This document shows, in pieces, positions 11,530-23,469 of a DNA stretch of 64,000 nt. How positions within the stretch are numbered: position 1 is the first letter of the stretch; each line of letters opens with the position of its first letter. The notes beneath the pieces were generated by a model. That model saw only the letters and a program-made list of their open reading frames with translations, was not told where the DNA came from and made no database searches. A program made the translations under genes and the position numbers. The stretch comes from Lama guanicoe (lineage: Eukaryota), in the NCBI GenBank assembly GCA_013239625.1, contig MU054212.1, positions 186,001-250,000 on the forward strand, in the 5' to 3' direction.

Positions 11530-11944
11530 AAGACCTATGGCTCTTTCATCAAAGCATTTAACTCTAAAACAATCAGGTGGATTAATTCAAACCCAAACCA
11601 CAAAAATGTGCCTAAAACTTTTTTAACAGTCAGACCTTCACATGGATTTGCACTGCTGTTTGGGAGAGAAGTAAAGTAAATCACAGTCTTTCTGTCTGGC
11701 TCTCAAACTGTGGCTCATCCTACAAAAGTAACCCAAGCACCCACCATGGGTGAGGCACAGAAGATGAAAGCTTGCTGTCTTGGGACTGACATAGAAAGAG
11801 GACTGGTCATTGATCTTAGAGAAATTTTCCTATCTAAGCACATATTTCTAAAACTCCTCCTTTGCTCTTATGTTTCCTGAGTTACCATAAACTGAACCCA
11901 CACAAACAACTTTTATTTGTACCTTCTTCACATGCTGGGTTGAA

Positions 11945-12090
11945 GAGCTACACTATCTTAGATTCCTAACTAGCCTCCTAGCTCCCTGAGATAAGTATCT
12001 GTTCGTTCCTCATCCTTCCATCCTCCATGATATTTAACTCAGTGCCTTGCCTGCAGCAGACACATACAAAAGGTTGAACTGAATTGACCT
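11945..12090 (+). mobile_element. L2 3' tail
   Basis: 'agctccctgagataag...tttaactcagtgccttgcctgcagcagacacatacaaaaggttgaactgaattga'. Confidence 0.6.
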
Positions 12091-14177
12091 GACTTCATTA
12101 TTCAGCTGACTCTTTCAGCTTTTGCTAAATATTTCTTAGTTCTAGTTGGGAGCCAAAGCATTGAGATTTTACTAACAACTAAAAATAATACTAAAAGTAT
12201 CTTCTAACCCAGAAGAGATTATGTCTATCTCAAATTAAGAACAGATGAGAATATTAAAATGTCCATTAGAGTACTGTAAAGTGCTCCAATTTTTTGTCTG
12301 TTTCCGTCATGAATCAGGGATCCCATTCGGAGTTCATCTGCAATTTTAAATTTGCATAAGAAAGGCTTGCATTGCAAAACATCAGATCGTTTCGCAAATT
12401 CAAAATATCCGGGTAAATTGTTCATTCGTATTTGTATTTGTAAATTTTTTTTTTCAAAACCGCTTTTAAAACCATAGGCTTGTTCTTCATAAAGCTTTGA
12501 CTTGGGAATTTTTGACACTTCTGAAACAGAACGTGTAGGAAACTATGGAAGGTGTAATTATCCCTGAAAATAAGAGAAGTGATGCCTACGGAATACTAAG
12601 CTTGTTCAAATATCTCTAGGTTGCTTATGAGGAGGTTTAACTCGGTGTATTAACTGTAGGGTTCTAGCACATGGTTTTCATCTAATATGTTTTCAATAAA
12701 AAGATGCCGATCAATCTGCCTAATCTTCGATAGGGTCTCCAGTACCATTTTGATGCCTCAGAGGAAAACTGATTTGCTTTTTACAGAATCCCTCTCAGTG
12801 AAATGCTGTGAGAAACCCACAAACTCTATATATAAAACACGAGAGCTCCCTCTACAGCGGTTACCAGCAAAAGTGCCCTCCAGCCGGTTGTCCTATGCTG
12901 AGACCCAGACAGAAGCCCACAAACAAAACAAAAACAAGAGCAAAACAAAAGGAAACTCTGTTGGCTTCTTTTCATGAGTACAAAACAGGGTGGGAATGAG
13001 AAGGTAGAGCTAGTCCGTTTGCCAAGCAGAGAAGGGTGATGAAAGAGAAGAGATTGTGCAAGAGACTGTACTGTGTGTAAGCAGATTACTGCTTGTATTC
13101 TGTATGAAGTTTTCCTGTAATAACAATGACCAATTAGGTTCATCTCAAGCTATTCATATCGGTGGGTTTTTGTCTTGTTCTGATGTTTTGTTTTGTTCTG
13201 TTTCGTTTTGCTTTAAGGTGGGAAAGGAATAGCAGAAGGGGCATCACAAAAAGGAGGAGGGAGAAAATTATAAAACAAGACAGAAGCAAGCCGGACTTCC
13301 CAGCACCACTGCAGAGGCCCATCCCACCACATTCCTCGGGGTGTGATCGACTGGCCAGATGAAGAGCCTCAAGGTCATCAAAGGAAGGAGAAATGAGGAG
13401 TTGCCTGAATTTGTGTTGATTGGTGCATTGCGCAGAGCAAGGATGAAATGTAAAACTCAAAGGGAAAGGGCAAAGTAGATGAGGAATTATATTCCTGAAG
13501 AAACCGTGCAGCTTGAGAACTGTGAAATGTCATTGGCAGGTAGCCCATTTCCTTTAAGAAAATGTGAAGTATGTGCACTGCAGACAAAGGGGACCCACTG
13601 TAAACATGGCTCAATAACGCTTTCAAACGACAGAGAGAGAGAGAGAGAGGGTTCATATTTACTTTCAGAGACGTTGGATCACCCTGCCTTGCACTGAAAG
13701 AAGGAAATGTCTCTAACGCCTTAAAATCTTGAGTGCATACCACATACCACAAAACTCGAATATAGCTGTAATGAGCACCGCGGTCCCTGAAAGGGAAGCA
13801 ACTCAGCCAAAACATGCGTGTGGGTGTTACGTTCTGATGACTTCAATTTATGCCCCCTTTTCAGACACCCTAGTATATTCCTCTATTTTAAAGTAAATAT
13901 ATTATTGGAATTAGACTCTTTTTTAACCTTCAATCCAGAATGAAAAGTGAGTGAGAACTTTCTGTCCACCCCTTACACCTGCTCTCCACCTACTCAAAGG
14001 CAACCTAAGCGCTAACAGTGTTTAAAGGCCTCAGTCAGATTCTCCTAGAAAAAATAGCAGTTGGGCATAGACAGAGACAGAATTCTGGAATATGTAATCT
14101 TCTATAGTACTTTTTATTGAGAGAAAGAGAAGAAGGAGGGAGAAAGCAAATTAACAGAGGATTAAAAAGTGAATAGA

Positions 14178-14580
14178 TGTCTGGTGAACAGGTCAACAAA
14201 ATCTGGTATATCCATATAATTGAACTCTATCCAGCAATCTAAACAGGAATAATATACTGTTACGTGCTGCAGCACGGATGGGTTTTAAAAAGACTATGCC
14301 AAGTGAGAGAAGCGGATGCAAAACCCTCCTCACCCCATATTGTATGATTCCATTTATATGAAATGTCCTGCACAGATAGACAAAAGGTAAAATAGTATTT
14401 GCCTGTGACTGAGGCTGGGAATGAGGATTAACTGAAAATGAGAACATGGGACCTTATTGGAGTGATGAGAAGATTCTGAGACTGAATGATGGTTGCCCAA
14501 CTTGGTAAATTTACTAAAAATCATGAATAGTATACTTTATGTGAGTGAATTTTATGGTATATAAATTATAGCTTAATTAA
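14178..14580 (+). mobile_element. Old L1M (L1MB/L1ME-type) 3' end
   Basis: 'aacaaaatctggtatatccatataat...atattgtatgattccatttatatgaaatgtcc...gtgaattttatggtatataaattata'. Confidence 0.85.
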
Positions 14581-14769
14581 CTTTTTTTTTAAGTAAATGG
14601 ACAATCTGGTAGAAGCAGTCACTAATTTGATTTTATAAGATTTTAACAAAAGAAAAAACATTTTTAAAAATGAAAATAGATGATCACCTTTTAAACTCCC
14701 TTGAATAGGTCTACACCTAATCTAATTAATAATAACACTTTTTTTTGGTCCACCCCATACTGGAGTTAT

Positions 14770-14900
14770 GTGTGTATGTATCTGTCTCTCCCGCTAGACT
14801 GTGGGATTCGGGAAGAGGCGACCCCATTATATTTATTTTCTACCATTTCTACCGTTCTCAGTGTTATGCACAGTGGTTTTAACAGAGTAGATACTTAATA
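14770..14900 (+). mobile_element. L2 3' tail
   Basis: 'tatctgtctctcccgctagactgtggga...cagagtagatacttaata'. Confidence 0.55.
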
Positions 14901-15925
14901 TATTCTGATTTGAAAACAGGATCTTTAGGAAAGGAGAAAGAGCTTAAATGGGACAAGAGAAAAGTTATAGTATGCAGATGGACTTGTTTTCGCTAGAAAA
15001 CCAACTTCCAAATAAAGGTCTATTCAAGACAAAGCAGCTCTGGAGAGAACACAAGTTTTTATGGGAAGGAAGAGAAGTCTAGGTAAAAATGAAGTGACAG
15101 AGACAAAAATTTATCTATTAATATATCACAGTATAACCCCTTCATTTATGCACATATTTTTCCAGTGTATCACCACCACCCTTAACACACACACACACAC
15201 ATATCCAGGTAAGAAACCACACACAGAAGTAGAAGGCAATGGTGAGTAGAGGAACACATCTTAAATTGGTCAATATGTATCAAGGAATGCCATGCTGTGC
15301 ATGACATTTTACTGCAATGACAACTCAGCTCGACATGACTCTTCTGTGTCATAAAGGATGGATACCTTTGGAACCAGAACCACCAACTAGAATGGTCAAC
15401 CAAGAGTTTCAGCTAGCCATATAGTGGATCTCATCTCTTGGACAAAGCTTTGTTAAGACTTTAAGATTCAGGAGTTACTCCTAGGGGCAGAGTCCACGTA
15501 TCTACCCATGTCAGCAGCTGCTTAGGACAAAAGCTCACATATAGAAATAACCAAGTAAATATTTAGATTTGAAAAGTAAAGAAAAGAAGGAAAGGAGGGA
15601 GGGAGGGAGAGAGGGAAGGAGGGAAATAGAGAGAACTTTTTCAGTCCATAGAAACAATTTTATTACAGTAAGTTAAGGAAGGGAGGGAGGGAGGAAGGAA
15701 GAAAGGAAGACAACAAGCCTTGAAAAGAGAAAAACAACAATTAAAGGGGTAGAAAAATAGCATCAATTCAATTTTACAGTTAGTTTGGGGGGGGCTGGGG
15801 AACCTAAGGGATGACAACTGTTGTCATGATTTTAAAAGAATTATTATGACAAAACATTGAATAAGTATTCTGATTCTCCAAAGAGAAGAAAAACAAAGAA
15901 AATACACTTAAATTGCAAAAGAAAT

Positions 15926-15995
15926 GAAGGAAGGAAGGATGGAAGGAAGGAAGGAAGGAAGGAAGGAAGGAAGGAAGGAAGGAAGGAAGGAAGGA
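15926..15995. repeat. (GGAA)n microsatellite
   Basis: About 17 tandem GGAA units with one GGAT interruption. Confidence 0.95.
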
Positions 15996-16572
15996 GAAAA
16001 AATAAACTTCAATTAGCCACAAAGCAAGCTTGTCAATAAGGGTAACACACAGGTTCCTAAGGGAGCTCACACACCATTCACTCCTACTGATGTCTGAGAA
16101 GGCAATTATTCTTTTTCTCAGTTGCAGTAAATATAGACCCATCCAAGGCAAGAAGCTGAACCAGGAACCACTTCTGTTCCCTTCCTGATCTCTGATTTTA
16201 TTCAATTTTCTGTTGCTTATCTTCTAAATGTGCTTGTAATAACCTGCCCTCTTGCTAGCACCTTCTTGTAAATGAGATGCCTATCTGGGTTTATCCCAGC
16301 TAAATAAACTGAATTCAATAAAACCCATCCTGGGTTATCCTCCAGGAGAGTTATTACTCCACTAACATGCTACTGTTGCTACCGTTACCTAATGCTTTAA
16401 CTTCTCCTCTAGGCTTGAGTTATGCTACGTTGTTGTATATCTAAGATAAGAGGCTGTCTGGAGTCTGTTCAATGTTATCGCATAACACACAGTGACTTTT
16501 TTATTGAAGGCACTCCGTGAGTACCTCTGCACTGAGGCAGGTTTTATTGAAACTAATTCAGAGACTCTGTGG

Positions 16573-16665
16573 GTGTGTGCGCGTGCATGCGTGCGTATGT
16601 ATGCGTATGTGTATGTGTTCGTATATATATATATATATATATATATGTGTATATATATATATATA
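16573..16665. repeat. Compound (RY)n/(TA)n microsatellite
   Basis: 'gtgtgtgcgcgtgcatgcgtgcgtatgtatgcgtatgtgtatgtg' followed by two (TA)n runs. Confidence 0.9.
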
Positions 16666-17658
16666 TTTAAGAATATATGATTTTTTAAAGATAAATGCTG
16701 AACTGAAATGATGTTACTCTTCACAGTAAGCTAATAATCTGCATTAATCTGTCAGACCTGTGTTTAATCTAGTTTAAAGCTTAAAGTGAGGACCCTAGTC
16801 TCTTAAATACACGCCAGCACAGTGGGAGCTTGCTGTCTCTCCATGCTAACCAACACAGCCCCTGCCCAATTCCTGCCATTTCAGATCCCTGAAGATGCAA
16901 CAGTTCCCAACCATAAGGTCCCCAGATTCTAGGCCTTCACGAAATTACAAATGGGGTGTTCTGATGGAGTGTCCACGTTTCAAAAGTCCTAATGGAAATT
17001 TTACATCTCCTACAAAGATTACAATAGGCAAATGGTCTGCCCTCTTTGGTTTTGAGTTTTACCAAGTCCTTGAATAATCTTGAAGGTCTCATACTTATCA
17101 GAGCTCTGGTTAGCAGCGTGCATGATTTTGATGAATCAATTACTGGGGGAAATTAATTATTCCTTAAAGCTGTAGTTTGATAGGAGAAAAATATTTGAAA
17201 ACTTAGGAGTCACAAAAGAAAACTTATGTAAGTTCCCTGATGACAAAAAGGTTTGGTATCCCTACCACGAAAACAGCATCAGGGGACAGGAGAGCACTGG
17301 GAATCATTTATTAAGTGAAGGCATACCCAGACATCTTATCAAATAAAGTCTAACTGAAAAAAGAGTAAAAATGCATGCCATACGCCTTCTACTTCCTGTC
17401 CCATGATTCAGAGCCCAAATCCAGCATGAACTAAAAAAATTCTACAGCAGTTTCTTTACTACATAGATCCAGATTTCTGAGGCAGCCACAGAAATATTCT
17501 ACATCTTTATCTTCTGCCCATCTTGTTACATGCATACAGAGAACACAGCTTCTGGGGGGAAAATTGTGCAACAAGTCGGTGGAAGATTTTCATTAGCATT
17601 TTTCTGCTTTCAACCAGCGACAAAAATAGGAAAAATTTCTCCAGCTTTTTAAAAAAAA

Positions 17659-17705
17659 GTTTTTTATTGAAGTATAGTTGGTATACAATGTTGTGTTATC
17701 TCTAG
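17659..17705 (-). mobile_element. Short L1 3'-terminal fragment
   Basis: 'ttttttattgaagtatagttggtatacaatgttgtgtta' is the reverse complement of a laurasiatherian-type L1 end. Confidence 0.7.
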
Positions 17706-17884
17706 CTTTTGCTGCGTGGTAACTATGGGGTTTTGTGTATTCCATCACTTCTGAGTACTGAGGAAACAAATAAGAGTTGGAAAAGATACCACCTTAATAA
17801 AGCAACATTGTCACAGGAATGCCAGCTATAAACTGGAAGTTGGACCCCTCTGAAAAGCTGACCTCCAAGCTGTAGATCAAATAA

Positions 17885-18330
17885 AGGAATGTGTCCATCA
17901 CATGATACAAAGAGGTTGAAAATCCACACATTTTATGTGTATATTCATAGAATGGAAAATTATTCAGCCACAAAAAGGAATGAAATACTGACACATACTA
18001 CAAAACAGATGAATGTTGGAAACATTATGCTAAGTGAAAGAAACCAGAAGCAACAGATCACATAATATATTATTCCACTTATATAAATATTCATAAAAGG
18101 TAAATCTATAGACAGAAATTACAGTCATGGCTTACTAGGACTAGGAATGGATGGGAATAAGGAGTGACTGCAAACAGGCATGAGAAATATTTCTGGGATG
18201 ATGCAAATGAATCACTGGATTGTGGGAATGGTTGCAAACTCTGCAAATTCACTGAAAATCACTGAATTGTACATTTTAAATGAGTGAATTTTATAGCATG
18301 TAAGTTATATCTCAATAAAGCTATTAAAAT
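17885..18330 (+). mobile_element. L1MB-type 3' end
   Basis: 'tattcagccacaaaaaggaatgaaatactgacacat...aaacattatgctaagtgaaagaaaccag...ttatatctcaataaagctattaaaa'. Confidence 0.9.
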
Positions 18331-18339
18331 ATTCTAAAA

Positions 18340-18455
18340 TTTCTTGAATCATATGACACGTTCACTGCTGCATCCTCAGTGCTCAGCACAGTTCCTGACA
18401 CATAGTAGGTGCTTAGTACCTGTTTACTAAATAAGTGGATGAATAAGTGAATGAA
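18340..18455 (+). mobile_element. L2 3' tail
   Basis: 'gttcactgctgcatcctcagtgctcagcacagttcctgacacatagtaggtgctt...gaataagtgaatgaa'. Confidence 0.85.
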
Positions 18456-18559
18456 GTAATAATCAAAGAGTTAGCACAAAAACCAGTTTTGTGACTTACA
18501 GAAAGACCTGTGCGTGCATGTTGAAAACATTCATTATATTCCAAGCAAAAAAATTTATG

Positions 18560-18855
18560 AAGCACAAACCTAGTTATTCCAGTCTTTTTAAAAATATCAT
18601 ATTAAAAAAGAATTGCTACACAAATTCAGAGAAAAGGAAAATCTTTACAAAGGGGAGCCTAATATTTTTTCTATGCAACAGTCAATATTAGAAGAGAGTG
18701 GAGGAACATATATAAAATTCTGAAGGGAAGAGAGTAACCTCCAAGCACTTTCTTCCCAGCTAATTCGTCTTTCAGATGGGAAAGGTATTTTCAAATGTGC
18801 AAGACTTTAAAAGTATATATTAACTATATACCCTTCTTGAAAATGTTACTTAACA
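18560..18855 (+). mobile_element. Old L1 ORF1 remnant
   Basis: 'gcaacagtcaatattagaagagagtggaggaacatatataaaattctgaaggga...cccagctaattcgtctttcag'. Confidence 0.65.
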
Positions 18856-18859
18856 TATC

Positions 18860-19165
18860 AGACAGTATAGGCTAAGTGAAGGTACAGCTACTAACAACCC
18901 CAAAATCTCAGTGGCTTAAAACAGCACAGGCTGTCCTTTGATCACACTCAGACCTATGGGGGATGGAGGAGCTGGGATCATATGCTGTTTGTTGTTATTC
19001 AGAGATCCAGGCTGATGGAGAAGTTTCATCTTGAACTTCCCTAGAGGAAAAGAGAGCTCTGAACAGTTCCCATGGGCAAATCCAAGTCCATTCACAACTC
19101 ACTGGCTAGAACTAGTCACATGTCCTCACTTAACCAAAAGGGGTTAGGGTATGCAACTCTAACAC
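18860..19165 (-). mobile_element. MLT1 (MaLR LTR, J/K-type) fragment
   Basis: 'taacaaccccaaaatctcagtggcttaaaacagcaca...cactggctagaactagtcacatg'. Confidence 0.75.
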
Positions 19166-19169
19166 TAGC

Positions 19170-19964
19170 TAGCCCCCAAGGCAGGGCAGAGAGTGGAGTA
19201 AGGACTGCTCCAGTGGCTGCCTGGTTTCCCGAACCACCTCTGCTCGCAGAAGAACAACAAACATTCCAGCCCAGCTTACTCCACATCACAGTGTGTCACT
19301 GGAACTAGGGCCACAATGACCTGGGAGAAGGCTCAAGCGTGAGACAAAGAGGCTGCTCCGTCCTGGGGCAGCATCTGGGTGGGGCAGCAGCAGCCATTGT
19401 TGGCGCTTACTCAAACAGCGCATCAGAAGCAGCCCAGAACTCTGATGGCGGCTGGTTCAACACAGCTCACAACCGATTCATGCCAAGAGTCCACACCAAG
19501 AGTTCACACAGACCACCTGACCCACAGCAGCTCTACAACAGGGTGGAGGCAATGGAGGCTGTGGAGACTGATCAGCTGTGAGCGACAGAGGAGACTTGGA
19601 CCCAAGGCTGCGTCTGAACAGAGCGAGGGTATTACCTCATACCTGTCAGAATGACTATCATCAAAAAGTCTACAACTAACAAATGCTGGAGAGGATGTGA
19701 AGAAATGGGAACCCTTGCACACTGTTGGGGGGAACGTAAATTGATGCAGCCACTATAGAAAATAGGATGAAGATTTCTTAAAAAACTAAAAATAGAACTA
19801 CCAGATGACCCAGAAATTCCAGTCTTGGGTATATATCCAGAAAAGACAAAAATACTAATTTAAAAAGATACATACACCCCAGTGTTCAACAGCAGCACTA
19901 TTTATAATTACCAAGGTATGGAAGCAACCCAAGTGTCCATCGACAGATGGATAAGGAAGATGTA

Positions 19965-19996
<32 letters not shown>

Positions 19997-20134
19997 TTAC
20001 AGCACCGAGAACTATAGCCATTATTTTGAAATATGTTTTAATGAGTACAACTGATAAAAATAGTGAATCACTACACTGTGCATCTGAAACCAATATAATA
20101 CTATAAATCAACTATACTTCAATTTTTAAAAAAA
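19170..20134 (+). mobile_element. Rearranged L1: GC-rich 5'UTR-like block fused to the ORF2 3' end and 3'UTR
   Basis: From ~19625: 'tattacctcatacctgtcagaatgactatcatcaaaaagtctacaactaacaaatgctggagagg' (L1 ORF2) to the terminus 'aatcaactatacttcaatttttaaaaaaa'. The 5'UTR identity of 19170-19625 is inferred. Confidence 0.7.
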
Positions 20135-21300
20135 GCAAGACATATGGATATCTACAGTAGACTATCCTTCTCCTTATGAGTTTTATAAATCATTTTTGAT
20201 GATTAAAACAAAAATTATAATATCATATGACATTTTAGATATTTAAACATAGGCAAAATAAAGGAACCTAAGTGAAAATAAAATTTCCACACTTCATCAG
20301 AAGTTGTAAAATGTTGATACTAGAATGCAATGAGTTACATATGCATATTCTAATACCCAGAGTGACCACTAAGAAAATCAAACCAAGAGATATACTAAAA
20401 AACATCATAAATATGTTAAAATGGTATCCTAAAAATATGTGCAAGTAATACATAGAAAGATTAAAAAAAAGAGAGAGAGAGAGAACAGCGGATCAAGAAA
20501 CAAGAAAACAAACAGAAAAGAAGTAACAAATGGTAGCCTTAAGTTTTAACATATTGATAATTGCCTTAAATATAAATGATCTAAATACATTAGAAAAAAA
20601 GGTAGAGAGTGAATATAACTATATATGCAGTTACCATAGGACCTAGCAACTGCACCCTTGGGCATTTATCCAAGAAAAGTGAAAACTTGTGTTCATACAA
20701 AAACCTGTACACAAATGTTCATAATAGCTTTGTTTATAATAGCCAAAAACTAAAAACACAGATGATGCTCAATGGGTGAATAGCCAACATACTGTAGGAC
20801 ATCCATACTATGGAATATACCAAATAAAAGGAACAAATTATTGACACACACAACAACTGGGATGAATCTCAAAGGAATTATACTGAGCGAAAAAAGCCAA
20901 TCCCCAAAGATTACATATGTATAATTTCATTTATGTAACATTCTTAAATTGAAAAAATTATAGAAATGGCAAAAAATACATGACGTCTATAAGATAACTG
21001 GAAATTTAAATACTGAGTAATAGAAAAAAATTTTTTAAATGTTTAGTTGTGATAATGTCACTATGGTTATTTTTTAAAGGTTTGATATTTAGGGATGCAT
21101 ATTGAAATATTTAAGAATAAAATATGACATCTGAGGTTTGCTTCAAAACAATATAAAGAACAGATGGGAGAGTGAAAAGTATAGGATTGGCTGTGGATTC
21201 ATGATTGTTGGGGCAGAAATAGGTATGTGGGGGATCATTAAATTGTTCTGTCTACTTTTGTATGTATTCAAAGTCTCCATTACTATTATTATTATTAAAT
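20135..21300 (+). mobile_element. Mosaic of old L1M (MC/MD/ME-type) fragments
   Basis: Inter-ORF/ORF2 start region (20135-20600), ORF2 3' end 'cccttgggcatttatccaagaaaagtgaaaacttgtgttcatacaaaaacctgtacac' (20610-20970), L1ME-like 3'UTR (20980-21300). Confidence 0.75.
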
Positions 21301-21589
21301 AGTAAAAGCACTTGGAAAAAAATTTGTAAAAGCTAACTGTAGATGTTACATTATTTTAAATAAATGTACAACATATGAATTTAATATGTCTTATCTAAAC
21401 CTAAGATAATATTAACAAAGACCAAGAATAGCAGGGTGGGAAGGAGAAATTTAAATTGCTAAAGGATTTGTTTTAAATAGAGATAACTCAAAAGACACCT
21501 GTTAATTCTGATTCTGTCTGAATGTAATATTACAAATAATAAACCAAAAGACTGGTAAACCATATTACTCTAAATCTAAAATCACAAGA

Positions 21590-22560
21590 AAGCACCATTG
21601 TAAGAAGTTTTCATAGGAGATTTAAACCAAAGTTTTAAGAAACAGGTAACTCTTGTATTACTTAAACTTACCCAGAATATACAAAAAGAAGGTGCATGAG
21701 TTATCTATTGTTGCTTAACACATTGCCTCAAAACTTAGTGACTGAAAACAACAAAATGTACTATCTCACAGTTTCTGTTAGTCAGAAATCCAGGAGTGGC
21801 TTACCTGGATGGTTCTGGCTCAGGATTTCTCTCCAGGTTACAGTCAAGATGTTGGCAGAGGCTGCAGTCACCTTGAGGTTCCACTGGAAGTGGCTTTACT
21901 GCCAAGCTCATTCACATGGCTTTTGGTGGGCCTCAGAAGACCTCTTCCAAGCTCACTCATGGTGGCTTCCCCACGGGCTGCCTCGTAGCATAGTAGCTGG
22001 CTTCCCCCAATATCAGCAACCTAAGAGAGAGCATACAAGATAGAAGGTATAGTATTTTTATAACCTAAACTTAGAAGTGACATCCCATGGCTACTGCCAT
22101 ATCCTATCCTATTCAACAGAAATAAGTCAAAAATTCAATCCACATTGAAGAAATGGAGATTGTCCAGGAGTAAGAATACTAGAAAGTAGCACCATGTTAG
22201 AGGGTGCCTATCATAGAAGGCAATCCTTTAAGAGCGATGTATGAAATCAGTGATACCAAAACCTGAAAGGAACATCAAAAGAAAATTACTGACTAATCTC
22301 ACTTATGAATATCAATGCAAAAGTCCAAAATAAAATATTAGTAGACAGAATTCATACCATATGAAAAGAATAATATACCATGGCCAACTGAGGTGTATTC
22401 CAGAATTTCAAGTAAGGTTTTATACTATAAAGTGTATCAATAAAAACCACCATGTTAATATAATAAAGAAAGATAATTTGATTATTTTACATATGCCAAA
22501 AAGGAATTTCATATAATTCAATACCTATTGTTGATGGAAACAAAACTGCTCAACAAAATA
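21590..22560 (+). mobile_element. Old L1 ORF2 (RT region) fragment split by an MLT1 LTR
   Basis: 'ctaatctcacttatgaatatcaatgcaaaagtccaaaataaaatattag' (PISLMNIDAKILNKIL-like). Confidence 0.75.
21693..22215 (-). mobile_element. MLT1 (E/F-type) solo LTR
   Basis: 'tatctcacagtttctgttagtcagaaatccaggagtggctta...ggctgcagtca'; 5-bp TSD GAAGG at 21688-21692 and 22216-22220. Confidence 0.9.
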
Positions 22561-22744
22561 GACAAGGCTTAGTAATTAGGATAGGCTAAATTGCTATAAT
22601 AAGTGAATCTAATTGACAATGGCTATATTGCAATAAAAGCTGACTTATAACTTATGCAAGTAATAGCATAGGATGGATATTCTTGATCTGCTCCTCCACA
22701 TCATGTCTAATTCAGAGGAAAAAGTAAGTTATGAGTAGTTATTA

Positions 22745-23460
22745 TTGTTAGAACTAATACAAAATTCAGTAAAGATGCAGTTTATAAAATCAATATGCAA
22801 CAATCTGTTACTTTTTCTACACATAACAAACTATCAGAAAGAGAAATCAAGAAATTCAGAAAATAATTCCTTTTACAATTCCATCAAAAAGAATAAAATA
22901 CCTAAATGGTATTCAAAATTCTAACGGTATTTTTCACAGAAATGGAACAAACAATCCTAAAATTTGTGTGGAACCACAAAAGACCACAAATAGCCAAACC
23001 AATCTTAAGGAAGAAAGGACAAAGCTGGAGACATCCTGCTTCCTGACTTCAAACTCTGTTACAAAGCTTTAGTGTTCAAAACAGTATGGTGTTGGCATAA
23101 AAATAGATAGCTAGATCAAAGGAAAAGAATAGAGAGCCCAGAAAAAAAAACCCATGCATATATGGTCAATTAATTTATGACAAAGAAGCCAAGAATATAA
23201 AATGGGGAAAGCACAGTCTCTTCAATAAACAGTATTGGGAAAACTGGACAGACACATGCAAAAGAATGAAACTGAACCATTATCTTATACTATGAACAAA
23301 ATTAATCAAAATGGATTGAAGACCTGAATGTAAGACCTGCAACCATAAAATTCCTGGAAGAAAACACAGGTGTGAAGCTCCTTGACATTGGTCTTGGCAA
23401 TGATTTTTTGGGTCTAAAACCAAAAGCAAAGGCAATAAAAACAAAAATAAACAAGTGGGA
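22745..23460 (+). mobile_element. L1 ORF2 fragment (L1MA-type)
   Basis: 'caatcctaaaatttgtgtggaaccacaaaagaccacaaatagccaaaccaatcttaagg...cctgacttcaaactctgttacaaagc...cagtctcttcaataaac'. Confidence 0.9.
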
Positions 23461-23469
23461 AAAACCTCA

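Noticed and set aside
12225..12518. 97-aa minus-strand ORF with protein-like composition
   Set aside because: Non-ATG start, no recognisable homology, no convincing splice sites, and it runs through a T homopolymer. Treated as a non-coding element instead.
12915..13212. Apparent inverted repeat between (CAAAA)-rich and (GTTTT)-rich tracts
   Set aside because: The complementarity comes from low-complexity sequence only.
15926..15995. GGAA microsatellite as an ETS-fusion response element
   Set aside because: Relevant only in EWSR1-FLI1 tumour contexts; here it is an ordinary STR.
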